From contig NIVC01002813.1 of assembly GCA_002269645.1 (NCBI GenBank), positions 62,001 through 126,000 of the forward strand: a stretch of DNA of 64,000 nucleotides, read 5' to 3'. The notes below the pieces were generated by a model. It ran no database searches. It was not told where the DNA came from and saw only the letters and a program-made list of their open reading frames with translations. This DNA is from Macrostomum lignano. Lineage: Eukaryota. Positions 54,274 to 64,000 of the stretch are shown in pieces. Both the position numbers and the translations under genes were made by a program. Position 1 is the stretch's first letter, and the number at the start of each line of letters is the position of its first letter.

Positions 54274-56581
54274 TCAGAGCACCACGCGGCCGACCGCTGA
54301 CGGCAAAGTGCAGGCGTCCAGCCGCCTGGCTGCGTCGGCGAGGCTCGGCCGCCGGTCAGGCTCGGGGTTGACACACTCGACGGCCAGTTGGACGGCGCCG
54401 GCCGGCCAGTCCGGAGGTGCCAGCTGGACGGCCAGGCGGCGAAACTCGTCAACGTCAACGGCGAAAGCGAGACGCGAATCGGCGAGGCGGGGCAGCCGGT
54501 CGGGCTCGGGCGGCAGGCGGAGCGCCAGCTCGCACAGCAGGACGCCGAAGGAATAAGCGTCGGTGGCAACGCCGTACGGCCGACCGAGGAACATCTCCGG
54601 GCTGGCGTACAGGAAGCTGCCGACGCAGCCGACTGCGGCCAGGCCGTTTGGGGCGGCGGCGGCCGCTGCCAGGCCAAAATCGCCAACCAGCACAGTGCAG
54701 TCGGCGCGCAGGAAGCAGTTGCTAGAGGTGAGGTCCCGGTGCGCGATGCTGCGGCTGTGCAGGTAGGCAACTCCGCTAGCCACCTGGAATTTCAGCCATT
54801 TCCAACCGAATTACATCATTGAGATGAGAAGCTTTCAGTCTGCTACTTCCGAACCCGATGAAAACGGTGAGGAAAGAAGTGGCTCCACGAGCGTATGTGA
54901 CTTTCAAACGATGAGGTTTCACAGTAAAAGTCGCTAAAAAGTCCTCTATAGAGCATGCAGCTGAGGCGTGCTGGAGTCGCTGTAAAATCACGGAGTTGCG
55001 TCTAAAGTGCATATCTGCGCCACTTTGCATTAGAATCGTATCTCGCATTTATAACTAACAACTCTATTCAGTCTACTTGAGTTAGTAGAGAGTTAAACGC
55101 TAGCACAACAACTCTTGGACGACTTTTTACGACTCTTTTTTTACAATTTTACAACCCACGTGATGCGCTCCTGACTCAACAATTGCCTCTCTGTCAAATT
55201 GCAAAAATTTTCAACTAGAGCGGGCCGTAGCCATGGAGGAAAGAATAGAACGGAGCGCCAATCCGAGCCAGTTATTTTTATCTCGCTCGATCTTAACTTT
55301 TAACATCCCTTTCCCCCCCCCCGTTCTTTCCTATTGGCTCGTGACTGCCATAGACAAGTATTTTTGGTCTCGTTTTCGTTCCCCTCTGAAAGGTCTGTCC
55401 CAGCATAGTATGAGCTCGCATCAAAATATGCTTTCAGCCAATAGGAAGGAACGGGGGGGAAAGGGATGTTAAAAGTTAAGATCGAGCGAGATAAAAACAA
55501 CTGGCTCAGATTAGCACTCCATTCCATTCTTTCCTCCATGGCCGTAGCCCAGTGGTCTGGTGTGCCAGCGGCCCAGGCTGGATTCCAAGTGCAGTCACAT
55601 TAATTTGCGGCTAAATTTGAATCTCGGCTTAGGTCTGCTCGTGCAATTGACTCCATTGAAGACCGATCTCCAAGGCACAGTGAAGCGTATGATTGATTAC
55701 GTATCTGCGCGCTTGTGTGCCTGCTCAGGGGACTCGGGTGGAATGGGCAGTAATGCCTCCTGCCGGTTGTGTGACAATGTCGCTTAAAGTGCGCCAGGAT
55801 GCACACGGGCTCCTGTCTCTAACTAAAAAGTGCTAAACGAAGAACACAAACGAAGAACGATTTAAACTGCTGCAGACCTGCTTGGCCATGAGGACGCGGC
55901 GCAGGCCGGACAGCCGCTCGTCCGGCCGCTTGTGCAGCAGGGCGTGCAGGCTGCCCCGCTCGGCCAGCTCTGTGACGATGGTGAGGCCCAGTTTCCTGGA
56001 AATAGCGAGGCGGAGAGTCCGGCGCGTCAACTGCTTTGCTCCTTTGGCCACCATTTTTCCCTCACTCACTTGGTGTACAGCAGGCCATAAAACCGCAGCA
56101 CATTCCGGTGCTCCAGCTGCTGCATGGTGGTCACCTCTTTGCGGAAGTTGCACAATTCCTGGCTAAACTCCCCGTCTCCGGTGCGCTTCAAACTTTTGAG
56201 CACAAAGGCCTTGCCAAGGCCGCGGTGGTGCACCTTGTAGGCGTAGGCGAAGGCGCCCTCGCCGAGCAGCTGGGCGCCATCCAGATCGAACTGGCGCCAG
56301 TCGATGGACAGCGGCAGGTCGCGCTCGCAGTGAATTGTGGCCTGCTTTTGCGGCGCTGGAGAAGTTGCTCTGGCGCCTGGCGCCGCCTGCGGCTGCTGCT
56401 GCCGACTGCGGTGTAGAGATGCCTGTGGCGGCAAGGCTGGAGGCGGCTGCGTTGGCGAGGTTGATAGCGTAGAGTCGCCGCTGTTTGTCACGTGACGGTG
56501 GAGCCGAGAGGCGGCCTTCAATGAGGCCATTGTCAGGCCATCCTCCTCTGAGGCAGCCACTTGGCTGGCTGCTGCCTGCGA
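54274..56581 (-). CDS. TESK/LIMK-like TKL protein kinase; exons 56581-56070, 55995-55878, 54783-54274
   Basis: GEGAFA loop, VLK, KE, HRDLTSSNC, DFGLA, VGS..SPE, D.YSFGV.LCE; splice sites AA|GTGAGT..tttccag|G and CAG|GTCTGC..ccag|GTG chain in frame. Start uncertain (ATG 56530 or an upstream exon via the acceptor at 56582). Confidence 0.85.
55216..55825 (+). mobile_element. Second copy of same SINE, interrupted by MITE
   Basis: High similarity to 29491-29859 (ctggtgtgccagcg..attccaagtgcagtcacattaattt; ggaatgggcagtaatgcc; gtcgcttaaagtgcgccagg); central hairpin deleted. Confidence 0.85.
55232..55540. mobile_element. hAT-type MITE, 309 bp
   Basis: About 110-bp imperfect TIRs starting CATGGAGG; 8-bp TSD GCCGTAGC (55224-55231 / 55541-55548). 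Confidence 0.85.
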
Positions 56582-59339
56582 CTGCAGGTTTCAATAAATA
56601 AAAGTTGTTCAAGTAATTGGGCATTTAATTGACATTTTGTTCATTATTATATTTAACTAATAATTATTGAATAAGTTTGAATTCTAATTTTGCACTGCTT
56701 CTGTCTGTTTTATTATTTATTCCTAGCATTTGTGATAGGCTTCATATGCAGCAACATGCTTTATGATTATATAGATCTGTAGCAAGTTCAAATGAATAAG
56801 AGGCATATAGGCAATGGTTCTTGGGTTCATGTTTTTGTTGAACAGTTTTCTGTATTGAAAAGTCAGGCTTGAGTAAATACAATGTCAGGTGCTTTTATTT
56901 ATAGACAATTTCATAGAAAGATCAAGAATATTTGGGAAGCATGCATAGGATTTCAAATGTTTAATATAGAATATTGTTTATATGAAAATTTCTAGAAAGG
57001 TAGATAGAATAGATTTATTTTTTAAAAGTAATTATTTACTTATAATAGTCAATTACACATGTACACATGCTCTTTATCGGTCCTGTCTGGCTAGGGCGCT
57101 TGGGGTTAGTCCTGCCTTAGACCCCTTAGACATTTGCTACCCCGGCACTCCTTGTTTGCTTGCCTTCTCTTTCCACCTTGCTCTGCCACAGTTCTAAACC
57201 ACGCCTCTGCCAAGTCTCAGTCATGCCACCTCTACTGTCTATACGAGCTTTTACTACAAGCACTGCCACCACATGTTCACTGCCATTACATTGTCACCAT
57301 TGCCTCAGGCTCATCAACATACTCTATTGTCTACCATCTATCATTGTTGCATAGCTGCCCAGTGCATTTCTTATGGATTCAGCAAGTACTCTGACCTATC
57401 TCTATTGACCACCCAGACAGAATTGATAATAGCAAGCCTAACTATCCTCTCATATAGTTAAAATAAACAAAGGCTGCGGCTATTGCTTGCATCAATTGTT
57501 ACTATCATCAAGTGCTAGGTGCTACTGCTACAAAATTTGCCTCTGCCATGTTGTTTGCCTTAGTTAATTACTTTCAAGGCCACCAAATAATTGTCACACT
57601 GGGATCTTTCCTTTAATTGAAATAGGCTTAAGGAAAAGTGAAAAGAAACTGACAAAATATACTTTATAAATACAACATGTCTATTTAATTATCTGTATTA
57701 TAAAATGCATTTAAAAGAAAAAACAAAAGAAACAGCTAATTTATTCACACCTCAAGGTGGATATAATCTTTGAATTCTTAGTCTTGACTTAAGCTCTTTG
57801 ATCTATATCATCTATATGCAAATAACAAGCCCAAGGTTTCATTCATCGAAACTGTAAAAACTAAAAATAAGATTCAGGATTTTCAGTATATATCCAGGAT
57901 ATGAGCATCTTTGAATTTGACTACCTTTTTCCCAAAATTAAACTAGAGTTTGAGTTCACCTGCACTGTCAAAGGGTGACGACTTTTTAATGTTTTGAATG
58001 GATGTCTGTCGCCTGTCTCACTGTCTGGAAACCAACACGTAAAATGCAACTGCAATTGATTCGGAAATACTCTGAATCAAGGTTGGGGGCTCCTTATGGC
58101 TCAAGAGACTATATTATCCAAACCTCTAAAAAACTGTTTCAAGCAGTATAAACTAACTGTTAGCATAAGTGCTCACGGTCACGCCTCACGCGTATGACGC
58201 ATTTGTTTCCCGATCGATATTCAGATTGATATTCGAAAACTAACAAAATCTCTGCTCTGCAAAAATATTTTAGAACGCCGTTTGACAGAAAAAAAAGTAC
58301 AACTAAGGACATTGCAAAAATAAAGTTTCAGCTCGATCCGTCACTCTGGCTCGAAATGGCACCGATTTTCGATGTGCTCCCATTTAAAATACATGTGATT
58401 TTATAAGGCAGATTGATATTCGAGTTCGCTCACTTTGGCTTGACCATTCAACATGAAATTTTACACACTAAAAAGTGCAACTAAGAAACCGATAAATATA
58501 CAGTTTCAGCTCGATCCGTCACTCTGGCTCGAAATGGCACCGATTTTCGATGTGCTCCCATTTAAAATACATGTGATTTTATAAGGCAGATCGATATTCG
58601 AGTTCGCTCACTTTGGCTTGACCATTCAACATGAAATTTTACACACTAAAAAGTGCAAACCAGAAACCGATAAATATACAGTTTCAGCTCGATCCGTCAC
58701 TCTGGCTCGAAATGGCACCGATTTTCGATGTGCTCTCATTTAAAATACATGTGATTTTATAAGGCAGATCGATATTCGAGTTCGCTCACTTTGGCTTGAC
58801 CATTCAACATGAAATTTTACACACTAAAAAGTGCAAACCAGAAACCGATAAATATACAGTTTCAGAACGATCCATCACTCTGGCTCGAAATGGCACTGAT
58901 TTTCGATGTGCTCTCATTTAAAATACATGTGATTTTATAAGGCAGATCGATATTCGAGTTCGCTCACTTTGGCTTGACCATTCAACATGAAATTTTGTTC
59001 TATTTTGATAGGAAACGTTATTTCTTTCTCATAAATTTTACACACGAAGGCAACAACGTTGTTTGGGACTCGTTTATTGTTAAATTAATTGTTCGGATGT
59101 TGGTGCATTCAGAAAAGTATGGACAACGAGGAACGCGAAATTCTATAGCTCTCGTATATAGCTCACAGAAGGCAGGTTGCGGATCTAATTAGGGGTTGCA
59201 ATTAATACTCTGCTTCCCGAAAAATGGCCTTTCCTAAGCAATACTAAGCAAGCAGTACATTCTATTTATTGCCTCGCCTTGCAATGTTCAGAAGCTATAT
59301 GAGGATTAACTTACTTTTAATTTAAGACTTATACTACTG

Positions 59340-59462
59340 TAGCAGGGGGTCAACAGCCCTCGGCCCCAGGGCCAGATCCGGCCCTTCCAATCCGGCCCCA
59401 AGGCCCTCGGTGATCTAGCATTGCATTAGGCCCCACTCAAGAAATTCCTGGATCCGCACCTG
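59340..59462. mobile_element. Probable DNA-transposon end remnants inside the MULE-like element
   Basis: caggggtcaacagccctcggccccagggccagatccggccc resembles hAT left ends; gaaattcctggatccgcacctg resembles a MITE terminus. Confidence 0.35.
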
Positions 59463-60040
59463 GCTGATGGAGTATGAGAGTTTGTAAAGGAAAATTATAA
59501 CAATAAAAACTGTGCGATTGCAGGAACGATGAGATGCACGATTCGTAATTCCTAATATACGATTACCTAGTGTGCTTTAAGAAACAGTCTAGATGTACTC
59601 GTAAAATTAAAAAAGCACTGCTTAAATTCACTACGTAATTTGCAGTTGCTTCGTTCGTTCAGATCGAAAAAAGGTTTTGGCAGCTCGAACAGATAAAGGT
59701 GTCGGTCGGGCCACTGGCCACGCATTTGTCGTGGTACCAATTCAGGCAGGATGGGCATTCGATCTGTAGTAAGGAATTTAATTTCAGTGTTAAATGGGAT
59801 TGCCCTAATTTTATTTAGCATATCAGTAATGGTTAATTTATATATACTTCCTTTTTAGCTTTTATTGCCACTGTTGGCTACCTACAAGTGAAATGGTTTT
59901 AGTACTAGCTACTTATCGGCGATATATCGTTAATACTCGTAGATTAGCCTATTTCCGGAAAGAACAACTTCAACGAAGAGAGCAGCATAACTATTGTACG
60001 CTCGTAAAGCCTTTAAAGTGTAGTCAATATAGCAAGCGTA

Positions 60041-60759
60041 CTAGCTGCTACCCACCCAGTCAATCGTCCGATTTCTAGCACAAGCATCAGGTACCATCCT
60101 GTTGCACGTGCTGCAGGTCGCCTGGCTTCCTCCTTGACTGTAATTCTGGATAACCTGCCAGATGTGACACCTATACTTTTTTAGGGATCCTGTGTCGTTT
60201 CTGAAGTGTAGCGGTGATCCAGTTGCAACAGCCGTGGCATACAGACAGACGAACACACCGCAGCTATAGCCGTCATTCTGCATGGTCCGTGGCAAAGTAT
60301 CTGGCTCAAAAGTCACCGGGCTGCTTCTGAACACAGGTGCTGTTTGGTCCACGAATGGAGCGACGGCATTCGAATCGAGGAGTTGTCTGCAGGAGTATGA
60401 AATAATGTAGTTTAGCGGAATATTTTAAGTACCGGATTTTTAGTATATGGATGGACGTTCATGGCTTTATGGTCCATAATAGCAAGTAAATTTACAGGCA
60501 AAAAGTTAATCAGCACATTGTACGAGCGTAGCTCGTAGGTGCAATTATACGACACAAATGGTTTACCTACTTCCATCGATGAACTATGGGCTTCAGTTGA
60601 CGAATTGCAGCGGCTCGGTTTTTCAGTGAGTCCAGGATTAGAATTTTTCTGCTGGCACCGCAAATCACAATTAGATAAATATGTGACCCGTGTAAGACCG
60701 GAACAAATATTTGACTTAAATCCTGCAAATGGACACGGTGTTCGGTAATCATGTAGTAA
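60041..60759 (-). CDS. Transposon-borne Ulp1/SENP (C48) cysteine protease domain, 5'-truncated; exons 60759-60571 and 60386-60041
   Basis: QIFVPVLHGSHIYLIVI..ILDSL | ..MQNDGYSCGVFVCLYA (His, Asp, Gln, Cys); AA|GTAGGT..ctcctgcag|A keeps the frame; no start exon found. Confidence 0.75.
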
Positions 60760-62924
60760 CTGTAGCATGCGCAGGCAGGCAGTTCGGGCACTCAGTTTGC
60801 ACTCCGTAACCCCCACCCAGCCTATCCACTTCCCCCTGCTCGAGCACATCCCAACGCGCACTCAATTAACCGGAAATCTGAGTTTCGCCAGTCAATAAAT
60901 ATGCAGACACAGCCACCTTTTATTTATCCTTTAACATGTATTTTAAATGAGAGCACATCGAAAATCGGTGCCATTTCGAGCCAGAGTGACGGATCGAGCT
61001 GAAACTGTATATTTATCGGTTTCTGGTTTGCACTTTTTAGTGTGTAAAATTTCATGTTGAATGGTCAAGCCAAAGTGAGCGAACTCGAATATCGATCTGC
61101 CTTATAAAATCACATGTATTTTAAATGGGAGCACATCGAAAATCGGTGCCATTTCGAGCCAGAGTGACGGATCGAGCTGAAACTTTATTTTTGCAATGTT
61201 CTTAGTTGCACTTTTTTTTCTGTCAAACGGCGTTCTAAAATATTTTTGCAGAGCAGAGATTTTGTTAGTTTTCGAATATCAATCTGAATATCGATCGGGA
61301 AACAAATGCGTACGCGTATGTCATATTTAAAGTTCACAAAGAAAGGAAACTGAATTAGGGCAGTTTTTAAAAATATGTCTTGCGTTGTTATTTTTGAGTG
61401 TCTCATGTTCAACTTTTTTTACTCATACTCTGATACTCAACAGAAAGTAGAGGTATACATTATTTAAAATTTATACTTAAACCTTTTGTTGTTATATTTT
61501 TCTAAATCCGCGGTATAAGTGTCAATCTAACGCTCGCAACAATGAATGAGTACAGCAGCAATGCGAATTTCGTATTTAACCTACATGTAGACCAAGACTG
61601 GGTTCAAGCCCCAAAACAGGGCTGGTGTACTATAGTGCATGCTATTCAGAATAATGTATATATGTGTCAATCAAGGATGACATAAATAAAAACCGAAGTA
61701 GTCTTAGTCCGTTTATATTATACGCATGTAGCTGTCGAATTATTTAAAATCTTGGCAGATAAAATGATAGGAATTCTATTTCTAATAAATTTGGCCAATA
61801 TTTAGTTTCCGTATACGAGAGGTACTTAAAATAGTTTAGTTCTACATTGATTTGTAAACGTTAAAAATTACGGCACAAACTAAATGTACATGCATGTATA
61901 ACATGTAGCTACAGTGTGTGCAGCTACTATCTTCCTACTATCTTAATAAATTTACTGATTTTTTAATCCAGGAGTCCAAGATAAATATAAAACTTATCCA
62001 TAAATAATCCAGGATGAATCCAAGATTTTAAAGCATTTGAGAGTATAGCTCGTAATAAGCAGCTGATACTGGCAGAGCGTGTAGCAGAGCTATTTAAAGA
62101 CCGAAGTGGGAGGGAAGCAGGCAGGCATTGCAGACAGGGAGACAGGTGCAAACAGTCAATCGAATCAGCCTTCGTTTCAAGTCATAAGACGTGTATATAT
62201 CGACCTAAAAGTGCTGAAACCCTACAAGATAATAAGCTATGTATTGTAAATGCACTAATTGAATAGCAACAAGGTTGTTTTGTGCAGCGTCGAAACGCGT
62301 AAATTTGGTTGAAAAGAAAGAGGCCAAGCTTTATCAGTACATATAATTGTGCACCCCTACGTATAATTGCAGTGCACCCCTGTTGTGCACAGCAAATTAG
62401 TAAAGAGTGTAGAAGAGTGGATGGGACAGTGAGATTTTTACTGTATATATGTACTCAATAGAATGGGCTTGAGTGTGAGATAGCTAGGAGAGAAGATAGG
62501 AGAGAATCTTAAATCTTATTGGTAGAGAAATAGAAAGATCCGCTTCGGTTTAGGAAGGCGCTGCATGTCTATAAGCTTTTAGTCTTTAAGTGCACCAAGC
62601 AGATAACATACAATTGCTACCGAAACTTGCTTTGGCCTCACAACAAGTTTGTTATAATTGTTAGCCAAGCAGTAATTAAAATTACACGAGTAAATATTCA
62701 ACATAGCGATTGCAGCCAAACTAATGGCCGAAGCGCTTCCCAATGCCCTGAGATGCTCCTCATGCAATCAACAGGTACCGCTGTCGAGAATGAAGAGCCT
62801 CCGCTGCGGCCACCAAGTCTGCGGCCAGTGCACCTCAGTTGAGGAGCACCCAGCCTGCCAGCTGTGCTCGGACTCAGACAGCATCCACAGCAGGCCGGAG
62901 TCATTCGCTGAAGTGAACTTAGAA

Positions 62925-64000
62925 ATGAGCCTGGAGTTCCGGCAGTGCGAGGATCAGGATCAGACTGACGGCTGCGAGTACCGAGGCAGCACGAAACGAT
63001 GCCACCACTGCAACCTGCACCTGTGCCCGGAGCACGTTCGCCAACACAGAGAGAAAGTGCTGGACAGCGGCGAGCTGGATATCCGAACCCTACGGGAATA
63101 TAAGCGGCGCGCTGAGCAACTGATGGAGAACAGGGAGGCCCCCCGTGCGGATGAGCAGCAGTTCAGGGCCTACCAGGACCTCACAGACGCGGCGCTGGTT
63201 AGCCTATCCGATGATTTCAAAAGATTAGAAGAGGAAATCAAAAGACCGATTGTGACCTACGAGAACCACCAGAGGCGCCACCGGCAGCTCGGGGAGAAGG
63301 CCCTGGAAGAAGCGAACAAGATTCTCGACCAGATGAAGACTGCTCTGGAGGTGCGCGATCACGAGGGCGTCCTGAACGCCCAGCGCACTTTGCTATACAT
63401 GCAGAACTCTGGCGCTTTCCGAGCCATTGAAGCAGACTGCCAACCGAAATTTAAGAACAATTTGAACTCGGAACTTTTGAACAGTCTGATAGAGAACTTG
63501 GAGTTCGCATTGCGAAATTTAAAGGAGCTTCGAATTGCTCCAGATCCAGCTCCAGCGGCATCTCCACCTCGATCACCAGCTCCAGCTTCATCAGCAGCTC
63601 CAGCTCCACCAGCAGCTCCAGCTTCACCAGCAGCTCTAGCTCCAGCTCCACCAGCAGCTCCAGCTCCACCAGCAGCTCCAGCTTCACCAGCAGCTCTAGC
63701 TCCAGCTCCACCAGCAGCTCCAGCTTCACCAGCAGCTCTAGCTCCAGCTCCACCAGCAGCTCCAGCTTCACCAGCAGCTCCAGCTCCACCAGCAGCTCCA
63801 GCTTCACCAGCAGGGCCAATTCCAACTTCATCACCGGCTCTAGCTCCAGCTCCACTAGCAGCTACAGCTTCACCAGCAGCTCCAGCTCCAGCTCAAGCAC
63901 AAGCTCCAGCTCCGAAACCAAGATCAAGACCGGTACACGATCCAGGAGCGAACTCGCGACTGATGCGACAGGAGAGCTGCTTGTACGTTTCCCTTCATTC
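62925..64000 (+). CDS. B-box-like zinc finger + coiled-coil + Ala/Pro-rich repeat protein (TRIM-like), runs off window
   Basis: Open frame from ATG 62925 to the end; C-x8-C-x8-C-x2-C-x4-C-x2-H-x3-H, then a helical E/K/R/L region, then (APAPPAAPAS)n; absent from ORF track because there is no stop. Confidence 0.7.
   Translation, partial: MSLEFRQCEDQDQTDGCEYRGSTKRCHHCNLHLCPEHVRQHREKVLDSGELDIRTLREYKRRAEQLMENREAPRADEQQFRAYQDLTDAALVSLSDDFKRLEEEIKRPIVTYENHQRRHRQLGEKALEEANKILDQMKTALEVRDHEGVLNAQRTLLYMQNSGAFRAIEADCQPKFKNNLNSELLNSLIENLEFALRNLKELRIAPDPAPAASPPRSPAPASSAAPAPPAAPASPAALAPAPPAAPAPPAAPASPAALAPAPPAAPASPAALAPAPPAAPASPAAPAPPAAPASPAGPIPTSSPALAPAPLAATASPAAPAPAQAQAPAPKPRSRPVHDPGANSRLMRQESCLYVSLH

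Larger units (their letters stand above)
58197..61311. mobile_element. Mutator/foldback-like DNA transposon, non-autonomous, 3115 bp
   Basis: Long TIRs (ACGCATTTGTTTCCCGATCG..), 9-bp TSD ACGCGTATG (58188-58196 / 61312-61320), 178-bp subterminal repeats (about 4 left, about 2 inverted right); no transposase seen. Confidence 0.85.

Noticed and set aside
59567-59821. 84-aa minus-strand ORF inside the transposon
   Set aside because: No recognisable motif and no splice link to the Ulp1 exons established

Overview
Animal genomic DNA, most consistent with a free-living flatworm such as Macrostomum. This is inferred from GC3-rich exons, minisatellite-packed introns, a universal stress protein gene and a DFWDGRD-type myosin light chain. 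Positions 1-41081 (+) hold the 3' three-quarters of an L-type voltage-gated Ca channel alpha-1 gene (Cav1), from the I-II loop through repeats II-IV, the IQ motif and the C-terminus. I assembled about 25 core exons with consistent splice phases. The gene also has two mutually exclusive exon pairs (IIIS2-S3/IIIS3; IV pore loop/IVS6), a 36-nt IVS3-S4 micro-exon and two weaker cassette candidates. A miniature Crumbs3-like membrane protein ORF (TM + FERM motif + ERLI) is nested in a Cav1 intron on the same strand. Downstream genes: intronless myosin essential light chain, intronless USP, alpha-tubulin (ATG-only first exon), a TESK-like kinase (-) and an open-ended B-box/coiled-coil/Ala-Pro gene. 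Mobile DNA: a tRNA-derived SINE with TSD, a second copy interrupted by a hAT-type MITE, and a 3.1-kb Mutator/foldback-like element carrying a spliced Ulp1/SENP protease domain. Most long ORFs in the supplied track are artefacts of tandem repeats. No database searches were run; all homology calls are from motif recognition.
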